Shown here one piece after another: positions 7,400 through 16,604 of a DNA stretch of 24,202 nt. The notes beneath the pieces were generated by a model. The model was not told the DNA's origin. It made no database searches and was given only the letters and a program-made list of their open reading frames with translations. The stretch spans positions 1 to 24,202 of the forward strand of contig CAZFOX010000003.1 in NCBI GenBank assembly GCA_964520565.1, written 5' to 3'. The DNA is from an uncultured bacterium (GTDB lineage Bacteria; Hinthialibacterota; Hinthialibacteria; Hinthialibacterales; Hinthialibacteraceae). Position 1 is the first letter of the stretch. Every line of letters begins with the position of its first letter. A program made the position numbers and the translations under genes.

Positions 7400-9487
7400 A
7401 TGAAACGATTTCTCATCGCGTTCGTTCTCTGGCACATATTGCTGGTACAGATTACTGAAAGCCAGTCCGAACCGGTAACCACCGGCTCGTTGATCCGGGA
7501 GATGATCGATCTCCATCAGCTCGGGGATTTTCCTGATCCCGCATATAAAACCGTTCAATTCTCTTCGTACGATCACCGCAGCCAACATCCGGGCGGGCCG
7601 GGATGGTTCGCCAACAGCGATGGATTCGGAGGAGAGCCGATACCGAATTTTGAACGGGTTATCACAAAGCCCAATGCAGAGGGAATCGGCGAATACCTCA
7701 TCTGCGATGTCACCGGGCCGGGAGCCATTGTCCGGGTGTGGACGGCTGCTATCCAGGGCGATATCCGGATGTATTTGGATGGGAACAGAAAACCGGTTTT
7801 CAGCGGTTCCGCAGAGGATTTTTTCCTGAGAACCTATAAACCCTATCTTAGTAAAGCCCAATTGGACGAATCTCTATTCGAAGGTTCATTCTCTCAGCGA
7901 AACGCCGGATATTATCCGATTCCTTTTGCCAAGCGTTGCCGGATCGTATGGATCGGTAAAATCAAGGAGATTCATTTCTACCAGGTACAGATTCGAGAGT
8001 ACAAGCATTCAGCCAAGGTAATCACCTTTACACCGAACGATTTACAAACCTATCGCCAGGATATCATAAATACCGCACGGTGCTTGCACGATCCGGAAGG
8101 AACCTGGCGTTACCATTCCAGCGAAGAGCCCTCCGATCTATCCGCCGTGATTCCTCCGGGAGAAAATAAAGAAGTATTTTTCTATAAAGGAACGAAAGCC
8201 ATTGAATGCCTGGCTTTCCGCGTGCACGCGCGGGAACCGGAAAAAGCGCTTCGGCAGACCATCCTGCAAATTCATTTCGATGAATATCCCTGGGGTCAGG
8301 TGCAATCTCCTTTGGGGGATTTCTTTGGTGCGGCGCCCGGCATCAATCCCTATGATTCAATACCTTTCACTGTCAAACCTACAGGAGAAATGATCTGCCG
8401 ATTCGTTATGCCTTTTCAGCAATCGGTACGCATAATGCTTGAAAATATGGGTGATCAACCGGTTGTTGTATCCGTATCGGTACTTTTGACGGATTACGAT
8501 TGGCAAGGGGATTCTTCCATGCATTTCCGTGCGCGCTGGCGCGTCGATCACGGCCTGTTGGCATCCAACGCGGAAGTGATGGATATGCCCTATCTGGTGG
8601 CCAATGGCAAGGGCGTCTATGTGGGAACCGCGGCCATACTTCTCAACCCCAACGATATTCCATCGTCTTATGGGAACTGGTGGGGAGAGGGGGATGAAAA
8701 AATATTCGTGGATGAGGATATTCGCCCCTCCACCTTCGGTACCGGTTCGGAAGATTATTTTAATTACGCCTGGTCTTCCGGCGATATATTTCTCCATCCC
8801 TATATCGGCCAACCCCGGAACGACGGCCCCGCCAACCGGGGATTTGTCACCAATAACCGCTGGCATATTTTAGACAATCTCCCCTTCCAGTACCGGTTGA
8901 GCTTTTATATGGAACTTTTCAGCCACGAACCAACTCCCGGCGTTTCCTATGCCCGGCTGTCTTATCATTATGCCCGCCCGGGATTAATGGACGATCACCT
9001 TCCGATTACTTCCGAGGATGTCCGCCACCTGACGCTGCCGGATAATTGGGAGCCTGCTTCTGCGATGGGCGCGTCCAACTCGATCTTTTTCCCGGCAGAG
9101 TTGACGGTCAAGCCGAATGCGATGGTTGAGTTTGTATACGATCCGCTTTGGCAAGGGGGAACTTTAATGGTATGGCGGCCCGAAAAGGAAGGAGACACCC
9201 TTTCGTTCACCCTTCCCTTAGAAAAAGAAGGAAGTTTCGTCGTTAAGCTGGCGGCCGCGCGAACTCCCCGTTCGGGCAAAATCTCCGTGTTGATGGATGG
9301 AGCTCCGCTCGATTTTGCCGGCGTGATCGATCTTTTCGAACCGGATCGGACACTGCTTCGGCCTGTGGAATCGAAAAAAGTCGAATTGAAAAAAGGCGAT
9401 CATGTTTTGACCATCCGGTACGAGGGGAAGAATCCGGACAGCCAGGAGAATGAAATCGGCCTCGATTTTATCTGGTTGCAGGAATAG
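7400..9487 (+). CDS. Secreted DUF2961 / glycoside hydrolase family 172 protein with C-terminal beta-sandwich domain
   Basis: Signal peptide MKRFLIAFVLWHILLVQITES after a GGGGAGAG SD. Motifs QFSSYD, GPGAIVRVW and WWGEGDEKIFVD...FGTGSEDYFNYAW (the conserved GH172 glutamates). The ORF-track extension upstream of 7400 runs through repeat copy B and is rejected. Confidence 0.85.
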   Translation: MKRFLIAFVLWHILLVQITESQSEPVTTGSLIREMIDLHQLGDFPDPAYKTVQFSSYDHRSQHPGGPGWFANSDGFGGEPIPNFERVITKPNAEGIGEYLICDVTGPGAIVRVWTAAIQGDIRMYLDGNRKPVFSGSAEDFFLRTYKPYLSKAQLDESLFEGSFSQRNAGYYPIPFAKRCRIVWIGKIKEIHFYQVQIREYKHSAKVITFTPNDLQTYRQDIINTARCLHDPEGTWRYHSSEEPSDLSAVIPPGENKEVFFYKGTKAIECLAFRVHAREPEKALRQTILQIHFDEYPWGQVQSPLGDFFGAAPGINPYDSIPFTVKPTGEMICRFVMPFQQSVRIMLENMGDQPVVVSVSVLLTDYDWQGDSSMHFRARWRVDHGLLASNAEVMDMPYLVANGKGVYVGTAAILLNPNDIPSSYGNWWGEGDEKIFVDEDIRPSTFGTGSEDYFNYAWSSGDIFLHPYIGQPRNDGPANRGFVTNNRWHILDNLPFQYRLSFYMELFSHEPTPGVSYARLSYHYARPGLMDDHLPITSEDVRHLTLPDNWEPASAMGASNSIFFPAELTVKPNAMVEFVYDPLWQGGTLMVWRPEKEGDTLSFTLPLEKEGSFVVKLAAARTPRSGKISVLMDGAPLDFAGVIDLFEPDRTLLRPVESKKVELKKGDHVLTIRYEGKNPDSQENEIGLDFIWLQE

Positions 9488-9575
9488 ACCAGGTATCGCC
9501 GATCTGTTGGATGTGGCGGTGCGGTTCGAAACGAAATATTTTTAGAAAAAAATGTCACTAAAAGAGAGAATGACC

Positions 9576-11063
9576 ATGAATCATAAACCGTTATGGATTT
9601 GCTTCTTTCTTCTGAATGGAATAATCCCCATCTTTTCTGTGGATGCCCCAAGGCCGCTCGAGCCGCTTCCCAGTCTGGCGCAGCTGGAATGGCAACGGTT
9701 GGAATATATCGCTTTTGCCCATTTCGGGATGAATACCTTCACCGGCCGCGAGTGGGGAGAGGGAACGGAAAATCCGGCTTTGTTTAATCCAACACAGTTT
9801 GATGCGAATCAATGGGCAAAATCCGTGAAAGACGCGGGGATGAAAATGATCATCCTGACCGCCAAGCATCACGATGGTTTTTGCCTGTGGCCCAGCCAAT
9901 ATACCGAGCACTCGGTTAAAAACAGTCCCTGGCGCGGTGGGAAGGGAGACGTCGTCCGCGAAGTGGCCGACGCCTGCCTGAAAGAAGGACTCAAGCTGGG
10001 GCTGTATTGTTCGCCCTGGGATCGCCACGAGAAAACCTATGGCGATTCACCCGCCTACAATCGATTCTTCCGCAATCAGCTACGCGAATTGCTGTCGAAC
10101 TATGGGACGGTAACCGAGGTCTGGTTCGACGGCGCCTGCGGCGAGGGACCGAACGGAAAACGGCAGGTTTACGATTGGGATAGCTACTATCAGGTCGTCC
10201 GCGAGCTACAACCCAGCGCCCTGATTTTTGGCTGCGGGCCGGATATCCGTTGGGTGGGAAACGAATCGGGCGTCGGCCGTGAAACCGAATGGAGCGCGCT
10301 GCCAATGACACAGGATATTTTGGATTTGAATTGGGCGGCGTATCAAAATACGTTTGTGGATGGTTCGGGTGTCGAGCATGCGCAGCAAGTCGCGGAGTCC
10401 TCGGCCAGACATCCGATGATGTGGTATCCCGCCGAATGCGACGTCTCGATCCGGCCAGGCTGGTTTTATCACCCCGAAGAAGACGGGAAAGTCAAATCGC
10501 TCGATCACCTGCTGGATATTTACTTTAAGTCGGTGGGGCGAAACGGCGTTCTGTTGCTCAATCTCCCGCCAGATAAGCGGGGTTTGATCCACGAGAACGA
10601 CGTTCAGCGTTTACTGGAATTACGCCGTGTTATCGAGGATACATTCCGTGTGGATTTAGCGCGATTTAAACCCGCGAAAGCTACCCAAGTGCGGGGTAAT
10701 CACCCGTTTTTCGGCCCGGAACAGGCGCTGGATGGATGCGCCGAAACCTATTGGACGACGAACGACAATGTGCTGACGGCGTCGATGGAAGTCGATCTGG
10801 GCAAACCAACCGAATTGGATTGCGCGATGATGCAAGAACATATCGCCCTGGGTCAGCGAGTGTATTCTTATTCCATCGAAGCGTGGGATGGTACTGTATG
10901 GAAAGAAATATCGCGGGGAACGACGATTGGGTATAAGAAAATGGACCGCTTTTCGCCATTATTGACAAGCAAGGTGCGCCTGAATATCCATAAGTCTCGT
11001 GCATGCCCAACCATTGAAACATTCGGACTTTATAAGATTTCGCACGGAACCGCCCGGAAATAA
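9576..11063 (+). CDS. Secreted alpha-L-fucosidase (GH29) with C-terminal F5/8 type C (CBM32-like) domain
   Basis: Motifs HFGMNTF, LTAKHHDGFCLWPS, YCSPWDR, EVWFDGA, RWVGNESG and PAECDVSIRPGWFYH, then ALDG..TYW...VDLG...GTTIGYK. The start is uncertain among 9552, 9570 and 9576. Confidence 0.92.
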   Translation: MNHKPLWICFFLLNGIIPIFSVDAPRPLEPLPSLAQLEWQRLEYIAFAHFGMNTFTGREWGEGTENPALFNPTQFDANQWAKSVKDAGMKMIILTAKHHDGFCLWPSQYTEHSVKNSPWRGGKGDVVREVADACLKEGLKLGLYCSPWDRHEKTYGDSPAYNRFFRNQLRELLSNYGTVTEVWFDGACGEGPNGKRQVYDWDSYYQVVRELQPSALIFGCGPDIRWVGNESGVGRETEWSALPMTQDILDLNWAAYQNTFVDGSGVEHAQQVAESSARHPMMWYPAECDVSIRPGWFYHPEEDGKVKSLDHLLDIYFKSVGRNGVLLLNLPPDKRGLIHENDVQRLLELRRVIEDTFRVDLARFKPAKATQVRGNHPFFGPEQALDGCAETYWTTNDNVLTASMEVDLGKPTELDCAMMQEHIALGQRVYSYSIEAWDGTVWKEISRGTTIGYKKMDRFSPLLTSKVRLNIHKSRACPTIETFGLYKISHGTARK

Positions 11064-11670
11064 TGATCAGACGTTTTACCTGGATGTAAGCGGAGAATTT
11101 TCAATCACCGAAATTTCAATTATTTTGGGCTAGGAAATTATTGTAACGATCTAGCGGGGGATTTTTTTGTAAGTCTATGTTTATCAGGTAGAAGAAAAAT
11201 AAAAATATGACGCCGAAAGGGGAAAAGCGCAACGAGCGATAGCGTTTTTTTAATCCGGCGGAATGATACGAATCGGGAAATAATAAAAATAGGTCATTGA
11301 TTTTCTTGAGAATATATGGTTCAATATTTATAAGCTTTGTGAAAGCAGGAAAAACAAATTCTTCTGCGAACGCTCTTTCTCGCAGTTTGATTTTGTGGAT
11401 TTCGCAATAAAATGTGGTTGAGGAATGGTTTTTGGGAATCGTATGGATGTATAAATCCATATTGTAGCGAGTATACTAAAGCGGCTGGGAGAAATCCTCT
11501 CTTCCGTGTGTGAAGATATGTACCTTCCGATTATGCTTCGGATTGGTGCTGAATGTAGGAGTCTATTCGCCCTTCGCGCCCCTTTTCCGGGAAAAGAATT
11601 TCTCAAGAACCGCCTTCGGGTACGGATTTTTCGGATTGGGAAGGCAACGTTAACAGGGAGAAGACCACCG

Positions 11671-12454
11671 ATGAATCGAGTGGCTGCAACCACGAATATG
11701 GCGGCGACTGCTTTTAACACGATCCAACAAGACATAAATGGTTTTATTCACCCATCGGCGCTGATCGATCCCAGTGTGCAACTGGGAGAAGGCGTTATCA
11801 TCCACGCCAATGTAGTTGTTGAACGAGGCGTTCGTATCGGAAGTCATACAGTGATTCATGCGGGATGTTACGTGGGGGAAGATAGTTGTATTGGGGAAAG
11901 CACGGTGCTTTTGCCCGCCGTAACCCTGCGGGAAAAAACGCAGGTGGGTGCCCGGGTATTAGTGGGTGCGGGTGTCGTGATCGGCAGTGATGGTTTGGCT
12001 ATGCCAAACAGGAAAATGGCGTTAATTTCAAGATTCCGCAGGTTGGATATGTCGTGATTGAAGACGATGTATCCATCGGTTCCAACACGACGATCGACCG
12101 GGCCACTCTCGGCCAAACCATTATCAGCCGTGGCGCGAAAATCGGCAGTTTGGTTCAGGTCGGACATAACGCCCATGTCGGCATCGAAACCGCTGTGGGG
12201 GACGGGGTGGAAATCATGTCTCCATCGGGAATGGAGTCGGAATGGTCGGTCATATTCGCGTCGGCGATCGTGCACAAGTCATCAGTGGAGCCGGGATCAG
12301 TAAGGATGTCATGGATGGAGTGAAGATGCAGGGCGTTCCGGCGATGGATGAAGAATCGTACGGCAAATATTCCCAATTTATTGCCAAATTTCCCGAATTT
12401 ATCACGCGGCTTCAGGAGTTGGAAAAAAAGCTCGGATCGGCCTCGGACGAGTGA
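11671..12454 (+). pseudogene. lpxD: LpxD-like hexapeptide-repeat acyltransferase, lacking the N-terminal domain and broken by two frameshifts
   Basis: Three consecutive frames give IHPSALIDPSVQLG...VIGSDG | (F)GYAKQENGVNFKIPQVGYVVIEDDVSIGSNTTIDRATLG...VQVGHN | NHVSIGNGVGMVGHIRVGD...LEKKL. Breaks are at 11994-11996 and about 12205-12210. AGGGAG SD before ATG 11671. Confidence 0.8.
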
Positions 12455-12729
12455 CCGGCTCCCCTCTCATCCGAATTTCGTTTCTTCGTCTTTTCTCGCT
12501 TCTCCAGTATTTCTTCTTCCGGTTTATTCTCCAACCAGAACGGAATGGCTCTGAAACTTGCCTCGTCATTGAAACGCTGTTCGTTAAACACCTTTACAAT
12601 CTCGTGGGAACGGGCATGATTTATAAGTCTGACTTTTTCCAAAGAATCGCTTAATCACCGAAGCGGCGGTTCCGTTTTTCGGAATCGTGTGGGGTTGTGT
12701 GCGAGCAAATCATCAAAATGAGGAGCGCT

Positions 12730-13869
12730 ATGGTTCTAGAACGTATTATCACGTCCGAATCGGTTACAGAAGGGCATCCCGATAAAATAGCGGATCAAAT
12801 TTCCGACGGCATCCTGGATGCGATTTATGAAAAAGACCCCAACGGCCGGGTCGCTTGCGAAACATTGGTGACGACCGGTTTGATTATGATCGCGGGTGAA
12901 ATCACCACCTCGGCGCAGATCGATTACGCGCAGATTGCACGTTCGGTGGTTAACGATATTGGATATAACAAAGCGGAGTATGGTTTCGATTGCAATACCT
13001 GCTCTGTTTTGGTATCGCTGGACCGTCAATCGCCCGATATCGCGCAGGGCGTTAATGAATCGGAAAATCACGAACAGGGCGCGGGCGACCAGGGTATGAT
13101 GTACGGTTATGCCACCGATGAGAACGATTCGTATATGCCCATGCCCATCACTCTGGCACATGGTTTAACCCGCCGTCTTTCCGAAGTGCGGAAAAGCGGC
13201 ATCCTGCCCTGGGTTCGATCGGATGGAAAATCGCAGGTTTCCGTGGTCTACGAGGGTGACGCCATAAAGCGGGTAGATGCCGTGGTCGTTTCCACCCAAC
13301 ACGCTCCCGAGATTTCCCATAAGGATATCAGCGATGCCATTACCGAAGAGGTGATCAAGAAAGTCATTCCTGCCAATCTGCTTCACAAAGATACCAAATT
13401 TCATATCAATCCGACCGGCCGTTTTGTCGTCGGAGGCCCGATGGGCGATTGCGGTCTGACCGGGCGCAAGATAATCGTCGATACCTACGGCGGGGTTGGC
13501 CGGCATGGCGGTGGCGCTTTTTCGGGCAAGGATCCTTCCAAGGTAGACCGCAGCGCGGCGTATGCGGCGCGGCATGTTGCCAAAAATGTGGTAGCTGCCG
13601 GTCTGGCATCCCGTTGCGAAGTTCAACTGGCGTATGCGATCGGCGTAGCACAGCCGGTTTCTATCAATGTCGATACCTTCGGAACCGGAAAACTCTCCGA
13701 TGAAGAAATCTCCAAACGGGTAAAAACCGTCTTCGATCTTCGACCCGCCGCGATTATCAAGCGTCTCAACCTGCGCCGTCCCATCTATCGCGCCACCGCG
13801 GCATACGGCCACTTCGGCCGCCCCGAATTCCCCTGGGAACAGCTGGATTATGTGGATAAACTCAAATAA
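12730..13869 (+). CDS. metK: S-adenosylmethionine synthetase
   Basis: [44 protein letters not shown] and [16 protein letters not shown] before ATG 12730. Confidence 0.98.
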   Translation: MVLERIITSESVTEGHPDKIADQISDGILDAIYEKDPNGRVACETLVTTGLIMIAGEITTSAQIDYAQIARSVVNDIGYNKAEYGFDCNTCSVLVSLDRQSPDIAQGVNESENHEQGAGDQGMMYGYATDENDSYMPMPITLAHGLTRRLSEVRKSGILPWVRSDGKSQVSVVYEGDAIKRVDAVVVSTQHAPEISHKDISDAITEEVIKKVIPANLLHKDTKFHINPTGRFVVGGPMGDCGLTGRKIIVDTYGGVGRHGGGAFSGKDPSKVDRSAAYAARHVAKNVVAAGLASRCEVQLAYAIGVAQPVSINVDTFGTGKLSDEEISKRVKTVFDLRPAAIIKRLNLRRPIYRATAAYGHFGRPEFPWEQLDYVDKLK

Positions 13870-13897
13870 AAGGTGCTTTACTTTTTCCTGATCAAAT

Positions 13898-13922
13898 AAA
13901 CCCCTCTTCGGAGGGGTTTTTC
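13898..13922 (+). terminator. Rho-independent terminator after metK
   Basis: Perfect 9-bp stem AAACCCCTC/GAGGGGTTT closing a cUUCGg tetraloop, with a T-rich tail. Confidence 0.85.
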
Positions 13923-13934
13923 ATTTCTTCTAAT

Positions 13935-13963
13935 TTGATATACACTCCCATATTGTGTATCAT
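13935..13963 (+). promoter_or_regulatory. Sigma70-type promoter for the XRE regulator-ahcY unit, overlapped by an inverted repeat
   Basis: TTGATA (13935-13940), a 17-nt spacer, then TATCAT (13958-13963). ATACAC-N9-GTGTAT (13940-13960) spans the spacer. Confidence 0.6.
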
Positions 13964-14140
13964 GATCGTAATATGAATTGAATGCGTGTGAATCATTAAA
14001 ACGAATCGATATCCGCTGTCTCGTTTTTACATTACGAAACTGAACCTTGAATCTACCTCCCCTTCATCCATTTCAACATCTCCGTTATTGAATTTTCCTT
14101 CACGCGGAGTACTCTTATACTCCAGAACGAAGGTGCTCCC

Positions 14141-14872
14141 ATGCGTCTGGAAGAACTCGGAAACCGGATACGCGCTCAGCGCGAAAAAATGGGTCTCAAA
14201 CAGACCGATATCGCCAATGCCCTGCAGATCAGCCCCCAGGCGGTCTCCAAGTGGGAACGGGCGGAAAATGGCCCGGATATTACTATTTTAGGAAACCTGG
14301 CCAAACTTCTCGGGGTATCCACCGACTGGCTGCTGGGAATGCACGTCGAGGATACGGACGTTTTCGAAGCGACCGTCTTCGCTTCGAGCGTCTGCGGGGC
14401 CTATAAGAAATCGCAGGGAATGAAACCAGCCAGTTTTGCACTATGGGCGAACGGGTTGTTCTTTTCCCTGACCGAAGCGGTACTGAAATTCGATGCCGTC
14501 CCCATTAAGTGCATGGGCGATCAATTTCTATGCTTCTTCTCCGGTGCTGCTCATCCGGAACGAGCTTTGAAAGCCGCCCGGCTGGCGCGCGAGACTATCG
14601 CGGAAAATCTCGTAATTGGGCTTAGCAGCGGAGAAATTTACCTGGGAACCGTAGGTCATCCCGATTATGCCCGCCCCGATATCATGGGTGAGGTTGTCAA
14701 CCTGGCTTTCTTGACAATGGCCTGGGCGGAAACCAATGCCGATAGCCGTATCGCCGCCACGGATCGGACGGTTTCCCGGATCGGAGGGAAAATCGAAACC
14801 GGCAAGACGGAACCGGTTCAATTCAAGGGAATCAGCAGTAAAGTGCAGGTAAAAGAAATCCTCATCGGGTGA
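14141..14872 (+). CDS. XRE-family HTH transcriptional regulator fused to a degenerate class III adenylate/guanylate cyclase-like domain
   Basis: The N-terminus [34 protein letters not shown]...[14 protein letters not shown] is a classic XRE HTH. The C-terminus TVFASSV...[12 protein letters not shown]...[14 protein letters not shown]...[13 protein letters not shown]...FKG follows the class III cyclase motif order. Confidence 0.85.
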   Translation: MRLEELGNRIRAQREKMGLKQTDIANALQISPQAVSKWERAENGPDITILGNLAKLLGVSTDWLLGMHVEDTDVFEATVFASSVCGAYKKSQGMKPASFALWANGLFFSLTEAVLKFDAVPIKCMGDQFLCFFSGAAHPERALKAARLARETIAENLVIGLSSGEIYLGTVGHPDYARPDIMGEVVNLAFLTMAWAETNADSRIAATDRTVSRIGGKIETGKTEPVQFKGISSKVQVKEILIG

Positions 14873-14939
14873 AGTGCGCCTGGGTTTATATCTTCAAAAG
14901 CCTATATTCATCAAATACTTATATAAAGAGGTGCATGCA

Positions 14940-16400
14940 ATGGCTCAAGTCTTGGAAAAAAACGGAATCGATCTTTCCACCATTCAATTGCCTAATTATT
15001 CCGGTCTGCCTCATAAGGTAGCGGATATGAAGCAGGCGGATTTTGGCAGGAAAGAGATCGAAATTGCGGAAGAGGAAATGCCGGGTCTGATGGCCGCGCG
15101 GAAAAAATTCGGTAAAGAGAAACCTCTTTCCGGCGCACGAATTTCCGGATCGCTGCACATGACCATTCAGACGGCGGTGCTGATCGAAACACTGAAACAA
15201 TTGGGCGCGGATGTCCGCTGGGCATCGTGCAACATCTTTTCCACCCAGGATCATGCGGCGGCGGCGATTGCCCAGGCGGGCACACCAGTCTATGCCTGGA
15301 AGGGCGAATCGCTGGAAGATTATTGGGAATGCACATTACAGGCGCTTTCGTTTCCGGGTGGCAAGGGACCGAACTTGATCGTCGATGATGGAGGCGATGC
15401 AACGCTTTTGTTTCACATGGGTTACCGTGCCGAAGAAGATCCTTCCACCCTGGATGAACCGACGGACAACCGCGAACTGGCCATCATCAAGGCGCTTCTG
15501 AAACGGGAGCTGAAAAAGAATCCCACCCGCTGGCACGATGCCCTTCCTGATATGTACGGCGTGTCCGAAGAAACCACGACTGGTGTGCATCGCCTTTATG
15601 AGATGCAGAAAAAAGGAACGCTTCTTTTCCCCGCCATCAATGTGAATGACTCGGTAACCAAGTCGAAATTCGACAATCTATATGGCTGCCGCGAATCGCT
15701 GGCCGACGGGATCAAACGCGCTACCGACGTTATGGTTGCTGGAAAGGTCGTATGTGTCTGCGGTTACGGCGATGTGGGTAAGGGATGCGCCCAATCGATG
15801 CGCGGTTTCGGCGCGCGCGTTCTGGTCACCGAAATCGATCCCATTTGCGCCCTGCAGGCAGCAATGGAAGGGTACGAAGTGACGACCGTGGAAGATGCCC
15901 TGAGCGAGGCGAATGTCTTTGTTACTTCCACCGGCAACTGCGAAGTGATCCGCATCGAGCATATGGAAAAGATGAAGGATCAGGCCATTGTCTGCAATAT
16001 CGGCCATTTCGACAACGAGATTCAGGTCAATAAATTGAATGAGTTTCCGGGTATTCAAAAAATTAACATTAAACCCCAGGTCGATAAATATATCTTCCCG
16101 GATGGGCATGCTATTTTCATGCTGGCCGAAGGCCGCCTGGTCAACCTGGGATGCGCTACCGGCCATCCCTCATTTGTGATGTCTAACTCATTCACAAATC
16201 AGACGTTGGCGCAGATTGACCTTTGGAAGAATCGAAAGGCGATTGGTGTATATACCCTCTCCAAACAGCTGGATGAAGAGGTGGCACGTTTGCACCTGGA
16301 GAAACTGGGTGTCAAGCTAACTAAACTGACACAAAAACAGGCTGATTATATTGGTGTACCGCTTGAAGGCCCCTTTAAACCGGAACACTACCGGTATTGA
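14940..16400 (+). CDS. ahcY: Adenosylhomocysteinase (SAH hydrolase), long form with catalytic-domain insert
   Basis: [81 protein letters not shown] and KPEHYRY. GAGGTG SD before ATG 14940. Confidence 0.98.
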   Translation: MAQVLEKNGIDLSTIQLPNYSGLPHKVADMKQADFGRKEIEIAEEEMPGLMAARKKFGKEKPLSGARISGSLHMTIQTAVLIETLKQLGADVRWASCNIFSTQDHAAAAIAQAGTPVYAWKGESLEDYWECTLQALSFPGGKGPNLIVDDGGDATLLFHMGYRAEEDPSTLDEPTDNRELAIIKALLKRELKKNPTRWHDALPDMYGVSEETTTGVHRLYEMQKKGTLLFPAINVNDSVTKSKFDNLYGCRESLADGIKRATDVMVAGKVVCVCGYGDVGKGCAQSMRGFGARVLVTEIDPICALQAAMEGYEVTTVEDALSEANVFVTSTGNCEVIRIEHMEKMKDQAIVCNIGHFDNEIQVNKLNEFPGIQKINIKPQVDKYIFPDGHAIFMLAEGRLVNLGCATGHPSFVMSNSFTNQTLAQIDLWKNRKAIGVYTLSKQLDEEVARLHLEKLGVKLTKLTQKQADYIGVPLEGPFKPEHYRY

Positions 16401-16429
16401 GTTGAACCAATAACCCTGAAGACATGGAG

Positions 16430-16460
16430 CGCGGACGTCCCCGTCCGCGTTTTCATTTTT
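16430..16460 (+). terminator. Rho-independent terminator after ahcY
   Basis: Stem CGCGGAC (16430-16436) / GTCCGCG (16443-16449), 6-nt loop, followed by TTTTCATTTTT. Confidence 0.7.
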
Positions 16461-16563
16461 AAAAAACAATCCAAAAATTTCCCCCAAAAAATCTGTTGAC
16501 AAGATGTTAAATTTAGTGCAATATAGTTTATTCTAAATTCAGTGGGTTGAGGGTTCTCGGTGG

Positions 16564-16604
16564 TTTTCCACATCTGCATCTTGCCTGTGAACAACTGTGA
16601 ATAA
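16564..16604. promoter_or_regulatory. Cluster of three DnaA-box-like 9-mers
   Basis: TTTTCCACA (16564-16572, plus strand) and TTATTCACA (minus strand of 16596-16604) fit TT(A/T)TNCACA exactly. TTGTTCACA (minus strand of 16586-16594) has one mismatch. Confidence 0.55.

Noticed and set aside
12412-12642. 76-aa minus-strand ORF between the lpxD-like gene and metK
   Set aside because: TTG start without an SD, overlaps the lpxD 3' end and the probable metK promoter region, and has no recognisable motif.
12719-12729. GAGGAGCGCT upstream of metK resembles the core of the SAH riboswitch
   Set aside because: It is the Shine-Dalgarno directly before ATG 12730, and the downstream GCCAGGCUC and pairing elements are absent.
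12455-12729. SAM-I or other SAM riboswitch expected upstream of metK
   Set aside because: No UUAUC-AGAG core or terminator. Only a short TTCCG/CGGAA hairpin is present.
13851-13859. Perfect DnaA box TGTGGATAA
   Set aside because: A single copy inside metK codons (YVDK). About one to two such matches are expected by chance in this window.
11457-13956. Shared 9-mer CCATATTGT at 11457-11465 and 13948-13956
   Set aside because: Several 9-mer matches are expected by chance among about 2 kb of AT-rich intergenic DNA.
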